Below are positions 46,812-56,000 of a stretch of DNA of 64,000 bases, piece by piece (the stretch's first letter is position 1; each line of letters opens with the position of its first letter). A program made the position numbers and the translations under genes. This stretch comes from an uncultured Gemmatimonadales bacterium (lineage in GTDB: Bacteria > Gemmatimonadota > Gemmatimonadetes > Longimicrobiales > RSA9): contig CAWCUU010000002.1 of the NCBI GenBank assembly GCA_963798855.1, positions 1,364,567 to 1,428,566 on the forward strand, given 5' to 3'. The notes below the pieces were generated by a model, which was not told the DNA's origin, made no database searches, and saw only the letters and a program-made list of their open reading frames with translations.

Positions 46812-47098
46812 GGGCAGGCGCTGACGGCAGGCGCTGACGGCAGGCGCTAACGGCAGGCGCTGACAGCAGGCGCTTACGGCAGGCGCTGACGGCAGGCGCT
46901 TACGGCAGGCGCTGACAGCAGGCGCTGACGGCAGGCGCTGACAGCAGGCGTATCCTGCTTCGACGCATCGTCCTGAGCGCCTCGCAGTGCGCGCCTCGCC
47001 GTGCGCGCCTCGCCGTGCGCGCCTCGCCGTGCGCGCCTCGCCTTGAGCGCCTCACTTTGAGCGCCTCGGTTCGAGCGCCTCGCAGTCAGCGCCTGCCT
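46812..47098. repeat. largest GGCGCTGAC array: ~10 forward GGCAGGCGCT(G/T/A)AC units (46812-46945) followed by a reverse arm of (GTGCGCGCCTCGCC)4 and GAGCGCCTC units, in the convergent gap between the aminotransferase and ABC-2 permease genes
   Basis: Read directly. The arms are imperfectly complementary, giving a long imperfect hairpin. Confidence 0.9.
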
Positions 47099-47923
47099 CT
47101 AAAGGTCGCGCCTGCGGTAGACGAGGTAAGCGAGCATCAGAAAGAAGACGATCTCGGCGGTGGCGACGGCGGCGAGGAGGCCGGTGTCGTCGAGCGCCGG
47201 GATCGGGCGGTTCGCCTTGGTCAGCGTGGCGACCATCTTCTCGTAGGCGGCGGCATCGTAGCGGGCGGGCTCGATGAGCTCGGAGAAGAGCCTCATCGGC
47301 AGGAAGCCGGCTGCCTTCGCCCACGCGCCGCCGAGATGCCGGAGCCCGGCGCCGAGCAGCTGCTCGAGCACGGCCAGGTAGAAGAACAGGATCGCCATGG
47401 CCGGCCCGGAGCTGCGGGCGAGGAAGGCGACAAAGAAGCCGAGCGACGTGACGCCGCCTATCGCGAGCAGCTCGGCGCCCATCAGCTGGGCATCGCCGAC
47501 GCGAACGATCGGCCCGGTGACGCCGCCCGTGGCGATCGTCGCGCCGCCGACGACCGAGATGTGGAGGGCGAAGAACCCGACCACGACCATTGCCCACAGC
47601 ATGAGCTTTCCGCCGAACCACTGGTCCTTGGAGAGCCCGTCGATGACGTTCTGTCGGGCGGTCCGCCAGGAGAACTCGCTGGAGACGAGCAGGATGAGCA
47701 GGATCGCCGCGAAGAAGGCGGCGGGCACGGCCGGGTCGTTGATGAGATCGGACCAGGCGGTCGGAAGCGCAAGCGGCAGCCGTTCGGGGTGCTTCGCGTG
47801 CTCGCGGATGGTCTCGAACATCATGATGCCGAGCATCGCGGTGAACAGCCCCGCGGTGACCATCGCGGCGGGTCGCTTCCTCGTCTTGAGCGTCTCGTTC
47901 CGGGCCAGCACGCCGAGCGTCAT
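47099..47923 (-). CDS. ABC-2 family transporter permease
   Basis: 274 aa, six TM segments. Overlaps the ATPase gene by 4 nt. Confidence 0.8.
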   Translation of the reverse strand: MTLGVLARNETLKTRKRPAAMVTAGLFTAMLGIMMFETIREHAKHPERLPLALPTAWSDLINDPAVPAAFFAAILLILLVSSEFSWRTARQNVIDGLSKDQWFGGKLMLWAMVVVGFFALHISVVGGATIATGGVTGPIVRVGDAQLMGAELLAIGGVTSLGFFVAFLARSSGPAMAILFFYLAVLEQLLGAGLRHLGGAWAKAAGFLPMRLFSELIEPARYDAAAYEKMVATLTKANRPIPALDDTGLLAAVATAEIVFFLMLAYLVYRRRDL

Positions 47924-48852
47924 GCCACACCTTCCATCTCAATGGCGTCAGCCGGCTCTTCGGCCTGCGTCAGCTCCATGAAGGCATCCTCGAGCGACTG
48001 GCGGCGCAGCCCGAGGCGGGAGAGGTACACACCGCGGTCGGCGATGAAGCGGTTGAGCGCGGCGAGGTCGTCATCCTCGAGGGTCACGCGCACGACGTCG
48101 CCCTCGGCCTCGACGATTGTCGCGGCCGGGTATCCGGAGGCGATCGCGGCGAGGGCCGTCGCATCGCCACCGCCGATTTCGGCGACGACGGCCCCGCTGA
48201 CAATGTCTGCGACGCTGCCCTGCCGGATGATGCGACCGCGTCGGATGATCGCGACGTGGGTGCAGGTACGCTCGACCTCGTAGAGCAGGTGGCTGGAGAG
48301 GAAGATCGTCTTGCCGCGGGCGGCGAGCTCGCCGATGATCTCGCGGATCTCGCGCATCCCTTCGGGGTCCAGCCCATTGGCGGGCTCGTCGAGCACGATC
48401 AGCTCCGGGTCTCCGAGCATCGTCGCGGCCACGGCGAGGCGCTGCTTCATGCCGAGGGAGTAGGTCGAGTAGCGGTCTTTGCGACGCGCCGTAAGGCCGA
48501 CGAGCTCGAGCGCCTTATCGATGTCGCGACGCCCGACGCGCTTGACGTTGGCCACTACGCGCAGGTTGTCGAGCCCGCTAAGGTACGGGTAGAAGTTCGG
48601 ATTCTCGAGGGTCGCTCCGACGCGCTGACGGGCGCGGTGCAGTCCGCTGCGGCCGCTCAGCCCGAAGAGCCGGATCTCGCCGGCCGTCGGAGTGATGATG
48701 CCGAGCAGCATCCCGATCGTGGTCGTCTTGCCGCTGCCGTTCGGGCCGAGGAAGCCGAAGACCTGGCCGGCCTCGACCGTGAAACCGATGCGATCGACCG
48801 CGACCTGCCTCGGGTACCGCTTCGTCAAACCGCGGGTTTCGATGATGTTCAC
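47920..48852 (-). CDS. ABC transporter ATP-binding protein
   Basis: Walker A GPNGSGKTT, signature LSGGMKQRL-like (YSLGMKQRL), Walker B LIVLDEP. Confidence 0.95.
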   Translation of the reverse strand: MNIIETRGLTKRYPRQVAVDRIGFTVEAGQVFGFLGPNGSGKTTTIGMLLGIITPTAGEIRLFGLSGRSGLHRARQRVGATLENPNFYPYLSGLDNLRVVANVKRVGRRDIDKALELVGLTARRKDRYSTYSLGMKQRLAVAATMLGDPELIVLDEPANGLDPEGMREIREIIGELAARGKTIFLSSHLLYEVERTCTHVAIIRRGRIIRQGSVADIVSGAVVAEIGGGDATALAAIASGYPAATIVEAEGDVVRVTLEDDDLAALNRFIADRGVYLSRLGLRRQSLEDAFMELTQAEEPADAIEMEGVA

Positions 48853-48963
48853 GCAGCCTCCGTTCGAGCGCGTAACGAATCGTCGACTCCTCCTGACGGC
48901 GGCGGCGGGCCGCAGGTTTCAGCGGGGGTGTACGCGCTCGCTGGTCGCGGGTAGCTTGTCGCG

Positions 48964-49500
48964 ATGAGCTACTGCACGATCGCCCGTGGTCACCCTTTCC
49001 ACGGGCCATACCACGATGAGGAGTACGGCTTCCCGGCTCGCGACGACGCCACGCTGCTCGAGCGCCTCGCGCTCGAGATTAACCAGGCGGGGCTGTCGTG
49101 GCTCACGATCCTGAAGAAGCGTGAGAACTTTCGGCGAGCGTTCGACGACTTCGACCCGCGCATTGTGGCGGAGTACGGCCAAGCGGAGCGGGCGCGCCTG
49201 CTCGCCGACGCCGGCATCGTCCGCAACCGCCTCAAGGTGGACGCGGTGATCCATAACGCGCGCCGGGTGCTGGAGCTCGGCGTCGAGCACGGCTCGTTCG
49301 CCGGCTGGCTGGACGCGCACCATCCGCTTCAGCCGGAAGCGTGGGCGAAGTTGTTCCGTCGCACGTTCCGCTTCACGGGAGGCGAGATCGTCCGCGAGTT
49401 CCTGCTCAGCACGGGGTATCTGCCGGGCGCGCACGATCCGGACTGCCCCGTGGCCGTAAGAGTGGCGGCGGAGCGGCCGCCGTGGCTTCGAGCGAAGTGA
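48964..49500 (+). CDS. tag: DNA-3-methyladenine glycosylase I
   Basis: HDEEYGFP...LALEINQAGLSWLTILKKRENFRRAF...C-x-C zinc motif (DPDCPV). Confidence 0.9.
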   Translation: MSYCTIARGHPFHGPYHDEEYGFPARDDATLLERLALEINQAGLSWLTILKKRENFRRAFDDFDPRIVAEYGQAERARLLADAGIVRNRLKVDAVIHNARRVLELGVEHGSFAGWLDAHHPLQPEAWAKLFRRTFRFTGGEIVREFLLSTGYLPGAHDPDCPVAVRVAAERPPWLRAK

Positions 49501-49588
49501 GCGCCGCGAGCCGCGTCGTCCGCCGTGCGCGAGGGCGCCGCCCGGCCGATGACTTGTGGGGCGGCGTGTTTTCCATCAGGGTAAAGGC

Positions 49589-51235
49589 ATGAAAACGAAG
49601 AAGGCTCCGCAGTCGACGGCTTCGGCGGCGCCCGCCGTCGCCACGTCCGGGACCCTGGCGGCGGGGCGACAGCTCTCGCCGGCGCGGGCGCTCGCGCTGC
49701 CGGCCACGTTCACCCTCACGCTGCTGCTGCTCGGGCTGGTGTTCCGGCGCCTGCCGCCCGTGTACTGGAGCTTTCTCGCCGCGGTGGGGGTGCTGACGGC
49801 GTGGACGGGCGTCCTGTACGTCCGGTCGCAGGCGGCGGGTCGGCAGCTGACGCTCGCGACGGCAGTGCGCAAGCAGCACTGGGTGCAGGCGTGCGCGCAG
49901 CTGACCCTGATCCTCTACTGGGGATGGCACGTCCCGATCGTATACGCGTGGCTGCCGTTCATCTTCGCGCAGTTGATCTTCGCGTATGCGGTCGACAGCC
50001 TGCTGAGCTGGTCGAGGAGGGAGACGTACACGCTGGGCTTCGGGCCCTTCCCGGTCATCTTCAGCATCAACCTCTTCCTGTGGTTCCGGCCGCAGTGGTT
50101 CTACCTACAATTCCTGATGATCCTGATCGGCTTCCTCGCGAAGGAGCTGATCCGCTGGAAGCGGGACGGCCGCTCCGCGCACATCTTCAATCCGTCGTCG
50201 TTCCCGCTGGCGTTCTTCTCTCTCGCGCTGATCCTCACGAAGAGCTCGGACATGACCTTCGGCAGCGTGATCGCGAACACGCTGTTCGATCCACCGCACA
50301 TCTATCTGGTGATCTTCCTGGTCAGCCTGCCAGGGATGTTCCTGTTCGGCGTGGCGCGCACGACGCTGCCGGCGGTGCTGACCGCGTACCTGATCGGGCT
50401 CGCGTATCTGCACGCCACCGGCACCTACCTGTTCCTCGACGCGTTCATCCCGGTGCCCGTGTTCCTCGGGATGCACCTGATCGTGACGGACCCGTCCACC
50501 TCGCCGCGCAACGACTTGGGGCGCGTCGTGTTCGGCGTGCTGTACGGGCTGGCGGCGGTGGTGTTGTACGTGGTGCTGACGAGGTTCGGCGTGCCGACGT
50601 TCTACGACAAGCTGCTGCCGGTGCCGATCCTGAACCTGTCGGTGCGGGCGATCGAGCGGCTTACGACGTGGAAGCCGTCCTTCGGGCCGGCGGCGCCCCG
50701 GCTGCTTTCCGCGCTCAGCCCGTCGCGCCTTGCGGCGGCGCTGTCGCCTCAGGCGCGGGGCGTCGCCTTCGCCGCCGTCTGGACGGTGGTGTTCCTGGGG
50801 TTGAGCGCGGGTCGCGCGCTCGGCGATCGGCACCCGGGCCAGTACCTGCCGTTCTGGAAGAACGCGTGCGCCGCTGGTAGCGATCGCGCGTGCCGCTACG
50901 CGTCCTATCTGACGGACACCTACTGCCACAACGGCTCCGGCTGGGCGTGCAACGAGGTCGGCATCGAGCAGGTGGCACGCGGCGGGCCGGCGCGCGAGCA
51001 GTTCGAGAAGGCGTGCCGCCTCGGTTACTCGCCCGGCTGTGAGAACGCGGCCCGTCCGCTCACGGCGCCCGGGTCCCTCGCCCGATCGGAGCCGCAGCTC
51101 GCGGACCTACCGGTCGTGCTGCGGGGGACGAAGCCGAGGCTGCGCGAGACGGACCCCTCGAAGCTGTACGCTCTCGCCTGCGAGGAGGGCTGGCGAGGCG
51201 CGTGCGAGCGGAGCGTGGCCGAGCGAGGGTCGTAA
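49589..51235 (+). CDS. polytopic membrane protein with a C-terminal cysteine-rich extracytoplasmic domain, function unknown
   Basis: About 10 predicted TM helices. The last ~120 aa contain 10 Cys (CAAGSDRACRY...CHNGSGWACNEVG...CRLGYSPGCEN...CEEGWRGACE). Start at ATG 49589. Confidence 0.65.
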   Translation: MKTKKAPQSTASAAPAVATSGTLAAGRQLSPARALALPATFTLTLLLLGLVFRRLPPVYWSFLAAVGVLTAWTGVLYVRSQAAGRQLTLATAVRKQHWVQACAQLTLILYWGWHVPIVYAWLPFIFAQLIFAYAVDSLLSWSRRETYTLGFGPFPVIFSINLFLWFRPQWFYLQFLMILIGFLAKELIRWKRDGRSAHIFNPSSFPLAFFSLALILTKSSDMTFGSVIANTLFDPPHIYLVIFLVSLPGMFLFGVARTTLPAVLTAYLIGLAYLHATGTYLFLDAFIPVPVFLGMHLIVTDPSTSPRNDLGRVVFGVLYGLAAVVLYVVLTRFGVPTFYDKLLPVPILNLSVRAIERLTTWKPSFGPAAPRLLSALSPSRLAAALSPQARGVAFAAVWTVVFLGLSAGRALGDRHPGQYLPFWKNACAAGSDRACRYASYLTDTYCHNGSGWACNEVGIEQVARGGPAREQFEKACRLGYSPGCENAARPLTAPGSLARSEPQLADLPVVLRGTKPRLRETDPSKLYALACEEGWRGACERSVAERGS

Positions 51236-51323
51236 CGAAGCGGGACAGGAGTGGCGGGGAGGCAGCGGTTTCTGCGCTCGACGAGTGAGAGGCCGTATGC
51301 CGCCACCCCTGAAGGAGGCCGCG

Positions 51324-52025
51324 ATGCCCCGCTCCCTCGTACCGATACTCGCCCTGTTCCTCTGCTCGTCGACCGCCCCCCTCAAGGGCCAGGGCTTCCG
51401 CCTCGGCGGCGGCCTGAACCTGAGCGACTTCATGGGAGGCGATGCGGGCACGGTCGACCGAAAGTCGGGCCTGGACCTCGGCGCCTCGATCCCGATCGTG
51501 CGCGTCGGAGCGCTGCAGCTGCGGGCGGAGGGGTACTACCGCCAGAAGGGCGCCCGCGGCGTCGAGGACTTCCAGCAGGCCGCGATCTCCGGCGAGCCGG
51601 TGGAGATCGGCATCGATTACGTCGAGGCGCCGCTGCTGCTCCGGGCGACGCTGCCGTCGCTCGGCCGCCGCATCTTCCCCTACCTAGAGGGCGGACCTGC
51701 CTTCGCGTGGCGTGTCGACTGCGGGATCTCCTACGACGCGACCGGCGGCTCGAGCAATCCGAGCTGCGATGACCTGAACGGGGAGAACCTCGAGCAGACG
51801 CTGAAGGACTACGAGCAGGGGCTGGTCTTCGGCGGCGGCATCGATGTTCCCGTGATGAGCTTTGGCTCCGTCAACGTCGACGCCCGCTACACCCACGGAC
51901 TCAGCCGGCTGGCGGAGAATGGCGACGTCCACAACCGGGCGTTCTCCGTGATGCTCGGCTATTCGTTCGGAGTGCCGCACGGCTTCGGCGGCACCGGCGG
52001 GCTGCAGCCGGGCGTGCTGCGCTAG
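51324..52025 (+). CDS. outer-membrane beta-barrel protein (small OMP/porin-like)
   Basis: GAAGGAGG RBS upstream of ATG 51324. Signal peptide MPRSLVPILALFLCSS. Alternating amphipathic beta-strands and a C-terminal aromatic-ending barrel pattern (AFSVMLGYSF). Confidence 0.65.
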   Translation: MPRSLVPILALFLCSSTAPLKGQGFRLGGGLNLSDFMGGDAGTVDRKSGLDLGASIPIVRVGALQLRAEGYYRQKGARGVEDFQQAAISGEPVEIGIDYVEAPLLLRATLPSLGRRIFPYLEGGPAFAWRVDCGISYDATGGSSNPSCDDLNGENLEQTLKDYEQGLVFGGGIDVPVMSFGSVNVDARYTHGLSRLAENGDVHNRAFSVMLGYSFGVPHGFGGTGGLQPGVLR

Positions 52026-52137
52026 CAGGAAAAAGCAGCGCCGCCCTCTCCTTTCCCCTCCGACGCTTCGAGCCCGTACTGCCGGCCCGCACGACCGGGG
52101 ATGCGTCGGCTCAGGAGCTGGCGGCGCTCTAGAATCG

Positions 52138-52644
52138 CTAGCGGGTCGTCCTGTACATCTTGAAGCAGACGCGCTTGCGGTGGTTCGGGATGTCGGCGTC
52201 GCTCCACGCGTCCGTCGAGCCCTGCCGAACGAGGAAGATGCCCAGACAGGTGTCCTGCCAGCCGTTCGCCTGACTGTAGCCGAGCTGGTTGCTGAGCGCC
52301 TGCCATGGGATGCTGAAGCTGCCGAGGGTGCGTTCGCCGCCGTCCAGGGTGGTTCCCGAGGCGCGGAACCATACCGCATCCATGCGGGTCGAGCCGAGCG
52401 CGAAGTCGAAGGAGCCCTGCATGACGCCGTTGTTCCGCACCGCGGCGACGAGCTTCAGCGCGTCCTTGATTCCCACGCTGTCGTCATAGATGCGGTAGGT
52501 GTAGACCTCCAGCTCCGGCGGGCTCGGCAGGTTCACCTTCGGCTTGGTGCTGATGATCTGCGCCTGCGCCCCAACGGGCAGCAGCAGCCCGATCGCGACA
52601 GCAGAAAAACAGAGAGCGCGGGCACTTCGGTGGACGGTCTTCAC
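52138..52644 (-). CDS. secreted hypothetical protein (168 aa)
   Basis: GTG 52644 with GGAGG RBS. Signal peptide VKTVHRSARALCFSAVAIGLLLPVGAQAQ. Confidence 0.5.
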   Translation of the reverse strand: MKTVHRSARALCFSAVAIGLLLPVGAQAQIISTKPKVNLPSPPELEVYTYRIYDDSVGIKDALKLVAAVRNNGVMQGSFDFALGSTRMDAVWFRASGTTLDGGERTLGSFSIPWQALSNQLGYSQANGWQDTCLGIFLVRQGSTDAWSDADIPNHRKRVCFKMYRTTR

Positions 52645-52813
52645 GGGAGCCTCCGGCTGAGGGAAAGGTGATCTCACCCCCTGAGAGCGTAAAAGCGAGG
52701 CGGATGCCGCCATCCGCCTCCACGGTCCGCGCACGGCGGGTTTGGCGGGTGTCGGCGCGATCCTGCGCTCTACAAGGAGAGGGAGGTGCGACGACCGCCG
52801 GAGAGGATCGGGA

Positions 52814-54850
52814 ATGCGTTCGTCCGTCGATGCGATCTGGGCGCGTTGGGACGAGGTGGACTCGCTGCTGCAGCAGCTGCTGGACCTCGCGCCACCGGAG
52901 CGGGAGGCCCGGCTGCAGGTGTCCTGCGCCGACGACCCCGAGCTGGAGCGGACGCTCCGGGAGCTGCTCACTGCGAGCGAGAGCGAGGACCCGCTAGCGG
53001 AGGGGCTCGGCGGCTCGCTGATGCTGACGGCGCTCCGGGAGGTCGCCTCGACCGGGGACGGCGAAGGTCCGGACCCGACCCGACCCGACCGGATCGGTCC
53101 GTATCGGATTCTGGAGCCGATTGGACGTGGCGGGATGGGGTCCGTCTATCTCGCGGTCCGGGACGACCCGGAGTTCCCGCAGCGGGTCGCATTGAAGGTG
53201 CTGCGCCGGGGACTCGACACGGAGGACCTGGTGGCGCGCTTCAGGGCCGAGCGCCAGATCCTGGCTTCGTTGCACCATCCGAGCATTGCGAACGTGTTCG
53301 ACGCCGGCACGACGGCGGATGGACGGCCGTATCTCGTGATGGAGCACGTCGGCGGCAGCAGCATCACGAGGCACTGCGATCGGAACCGACTGGACGTGCG
53401 GGCGCGGCTGCGGCTCTTCATGGCGGTGACCCGGGCGGTGGCCCACGCCCACGACAACGGAGTGGTCCACCGTGACCTGAAGCCGTCGAACATCCTGGTC
53501 ACCGACGAAGAGCAGCACGTGAAGCTGCTCGACTTCGGCATCGCGAAGATCCTCGACCAGGCGGAGCTCGCCGGTGGCTACCCGGCGACCTGCCCCGAAG
53601 TGCGCCCGATGACTCCGGCGATCGCGAGTCCCGAGCAGATCCTCGGACGGGAGGTGACGGAGCGCTCCGACGTCTATCAGCTCGGGCTGCTGCTCTACGA
53701 GCTGCTGACCGGGCGGCGTCCGTTCGAAGGGCTGTCGCGCCAGCAGTACGCGGCGGTGATCGACACTCACGATCCGGAGCCGCCGAGCCGGGTGGTCCGA
53801 CCCAATGCGGCGGCGGCACGGGCCACGGACATTGGCACGCTCAGGGGCTCGATCCGGGGCGACCTCAATGCGATCGTGCTCCGCGCGCTGAGGCGCGACC
53901 CGCAGGAGCGCTATCCGGACGTCCGAAGCCTCCACGAGGATCTCGTCCGCCACCTGGATGGAGCGCCGGTGGCCGCGTTACGCGACGTCGCGGTGTGGCG
54001 ACGCAGGAAGGTCCTGCGTGGCGGCCGGCGGATCGCGATTGCGGCGGCGCTCGTCGTGGCGGGCACGCTCGCTCTGCGCGCGTGGTCGCGACCGGTTCCT
54101 CCCCGACCGGAACCGGTTCACTGGCTGGCGATCGCCCCGATCGCGGATCGGACCGGGCCACACGCGAGTGGTCTCGCGACGCAGCTTTCGCAGCTGCTGG
54201 CGACGAACCTGGCGCGCTCCCCGGCGATCCAGGTCGTCTCGCTGCATTCGCAGCGGGTCGACGGTCGCCCGGGCGATGGGCAGCGGCTCGCCGACGAGGC
54301 GCGGCTGGCAGGAGCTCAGGAGGTGCTCACCGGCAGCGTGCGCTATCTCGAAGGGAATCGGCTGCGCCTCGAGCTCCGGCGCGTCGACCTGGGCTCCGGT
54401 CGGCTGACCTCTCGCTACGATGTCGACGGCGCCAATGCGTTCGCGCTGGTGGACAGCGCGACCACGCTGCTGCTCGGCGCGTTCGGCCTCCCCGCGCCGC
54501 CGGGCGGTGTCGCGAGCATCACGACCTCGTCCCTGATCGGCTACCGCTTCTACGAGGAGGGGCTGCGGAGCTTCTACGGCGGCGACTATCGCGCCGCGTA
54601 TCGGCTGTTCACCGTCGCTCTCGACGAGGACTCGACCTTCGCGATGGCGGCCTACCACAGGGCGCTGACGAACCGCGGCATCGACGAGGCGGCCTTCCGG
54701 GGGGACCTCGGCCGGGCCAGGCGCTTCGCGGGGCGCGCCTCGGAGCGCGAGCGCCTGCTGATCCTGAACGCCTGGGCGCTCGAGAATGGACGAGCCGCGC
54801 AAGCTCGCGCTCGCCGACTCGCTCGTCCTGCGCTACCCCGCCGAGCCTGA
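52814..54850 (+). CDS. Ser/Thr protein kinase with TM segment and extracytoplasmic/TPR-like C-terminal region
   Basis: Hanks kinase motifs (GRGGMGSVY, VALK, HRDLKPSNIL, DFGIAK, SPEQ). TM RRIAIAAALVVAGTLAL. Probably continuous with 54786..55991. Confidence 0.9.
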   Translation: MRSSVDAIWARWDEVDSLLQQLLDLAPPEREARLQVSCADDPELERTLRELLTASESEDPLAEGLGGSLMLTALREVASTGDGEGPDPTRPDRIGPYRILEPIGRGGMGSVYLAVRDDPEFPQRVALKVLRRGLDTEDLVARFRAERQILASLHHPSIANVFDAGTTADGRPYLVMEHVGGSSITRHCDRNRLDVRARLRLFMAVTRAVAHAHDNGVVHRDLKPSNILVTDEEQHVKLLDFGIAKILDQAELAGGYPATCPEVRPMTPAIASPEQILGREVTERSDVYQLGLLLYELLTGRRPFEGLSRQQYAAVIDTHDPEPPSRVVRPNAAAARATDIGTLRGSIRGDLNAIVLRALRRDPQERYPDVRSLHEDLVRHLDGAPVAALRDVAVWRRRKVLRGGRRIAIAAALVVAGTLALRAWSRPVPPRPEPVHWLAIAPIADRTGPHASGLATQLSQLLATNLARSPAIQVVSLHSQRVDGRPGDGQRLADEARLAGAQEVLTGSVRYLEGNRLRLELRRVDLGSGRLTSRYDVDGANAFALVDSATTLLLGAFGLPAPPGGVASITTSSLIGYRFYEEGLRSFYGGDYRAAYRLFTVALDEDSTFAMAAYHRALTNRGIDEAAFRGDLGRARRFAGRASERERLLILNAWALENGRAAQARARRLARPALPRRA

Positions 54851-55991
54851 TGGACATCTGTTCGTCGGCAAGGCCCGGTTGTCGAGCGGCGACTTTCTCG
54901 GCGCGCTGCCGCCGCTCCGCCGCGTGTTCCGGATGGACTCCGCCAAGATCGGAGACGATCCGATCTGCCGTGCCTGCGACGCACTGGGCAGCATGATCGC
55001 CGCGTACCTGCTCGCGGACTCGATGTGGGCGGCCGAGCGCGAGGCACGGCGCTGGGTCGCGCTGCAGCGCGGATCGGCTCGGGCGTGGCGCTCGCTCGCC
55101 ACGACGCTCGAGTATCAGGATCGCACGGAGGAGGCCCTCGCCGCGCGCAGCCTGGCGGCTTCGCTGGGATCGGAGAACCCGCGCGACGCGGTATACGGCG
55201 CCGTGCTGGCGCTGCGCATCGGTGACTTCCGGCGCGCGGATCAGCTGCTCGCCGAGCTCGAGGGAGTGACCGATCCGCTGGTGCGGCAGAACGTGCTCTG
55301 GTACAGGACCCTCAGCAGCCGTTACCAGGGTCGCTTCGATGCCGCACTCGAGAGCGCAGTGCGCTACCGCGATATCGTCGCGAGCGCGGCGGTGGCCGGG
55401 CACCCGCCGCTGTGGGCACCGGTGCTGCAGGCGCAGGTGCTGGAGGAGATGGGCAAGGCACGGGAAGCGGCTGCGCTCTGGCGGCAGATCGCGTCGCCGC
55501 CGTACGAGCCGGACTCTCCCTCCAGGAGCGCGCGTCATCGGGCGTGGACGCTGACCCAGGCCGCGGCCGCGTACGCCGCCGCGGGCGACACGGCCGTGCT
55601 GGCGGGGCTCGCGGATACGATCCAGGCGCTAGGAAGTCAGAGCTCGTACGGCCGCGACCCGCGGCTCCACCACTTCGTTCGGGGCCTGTTGCTCGCCGCT
55701 CGCGGCGATACCGCGTCGGCGGCCGCGGCGTACCGTCGCGCCGTCTTCTCGCTCACCCAGGGGTACGGCCGGATCAACCTGGAGCTGGGCCGCGCCCTGC
55801 TCGCCCTCGGTCGTCCGGCCGAGGCGATTCCGGTGCTGCGGGGCGTGCTGAGCGGGCCGCTCGACGCTGGCAACCTCTACGTGAACCGGCGCGACGTCCA
55901 TGCGCTGCTCACGCGCGCATACCTCTCCGCGGGCTCGCCGGACAGCGCGCAGATAAACGCCGATTGGGTGCGGCGGGCGCTCGGTCGCTGA
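54786..55991 (+). CDS. TPR-like repeat protein; probably the C-terminal continuation of the kinase after a +1 frameshift near 54786
   Basis: Overlaps the kinase ORF by 65 nt in the +1 frame. Reads smoothly as ...ERLLILNAWALEN(G)/DEPRKLALADSLVLRYPAEPDGHLFVG... An in-frame ATG at 54786 also allows a separate gene. Confidence 0.6.
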   Translation: MDEPRKLALADSLVLRYPAEPDGHLFVGKARLSSGDFLGALPPLRRVFRMDSAKIGDDPICRACDALGSMIAAYLLADSMWAAEREARRWVALQRGSARAWRSLATTLEYQDRTEEALAARSLAASLGSENPRDAVYGAVLALRIGDFRRADQLLAELEGVTDPLVRQNVLWYRTLSSRYQGRFDAALESAVRYRDIVASAAVAGHPPLWAPVLQAQVLEEMGKAREAAALWRQIASPPYEPDSPSRSARHRAWTLTQAAAAYAAAGDTAVLAGLADTIQALGSQSSYGRDPRLHHFVRGLLLAARGDTASAAAAYRRAVFSLTQGYGRINLELGRALLALGRPAEAIPVLRGVLSGPLDAGNLYVNRRDVHALLTRAYLSAGSPDSAQINADWVRRALGR

Positions 55992-56000
55992 ACCGATGTC

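Noticed and set aside
54786-55991. Treating the TPR ORF as an independent gene with its own ATG
   Set aside because: Not fully rejected. Kept as a feature, but the 65-nt overlap, the junk-like kinase tail and the seamless cross-frame reading make a frameshifted fusion more likely.
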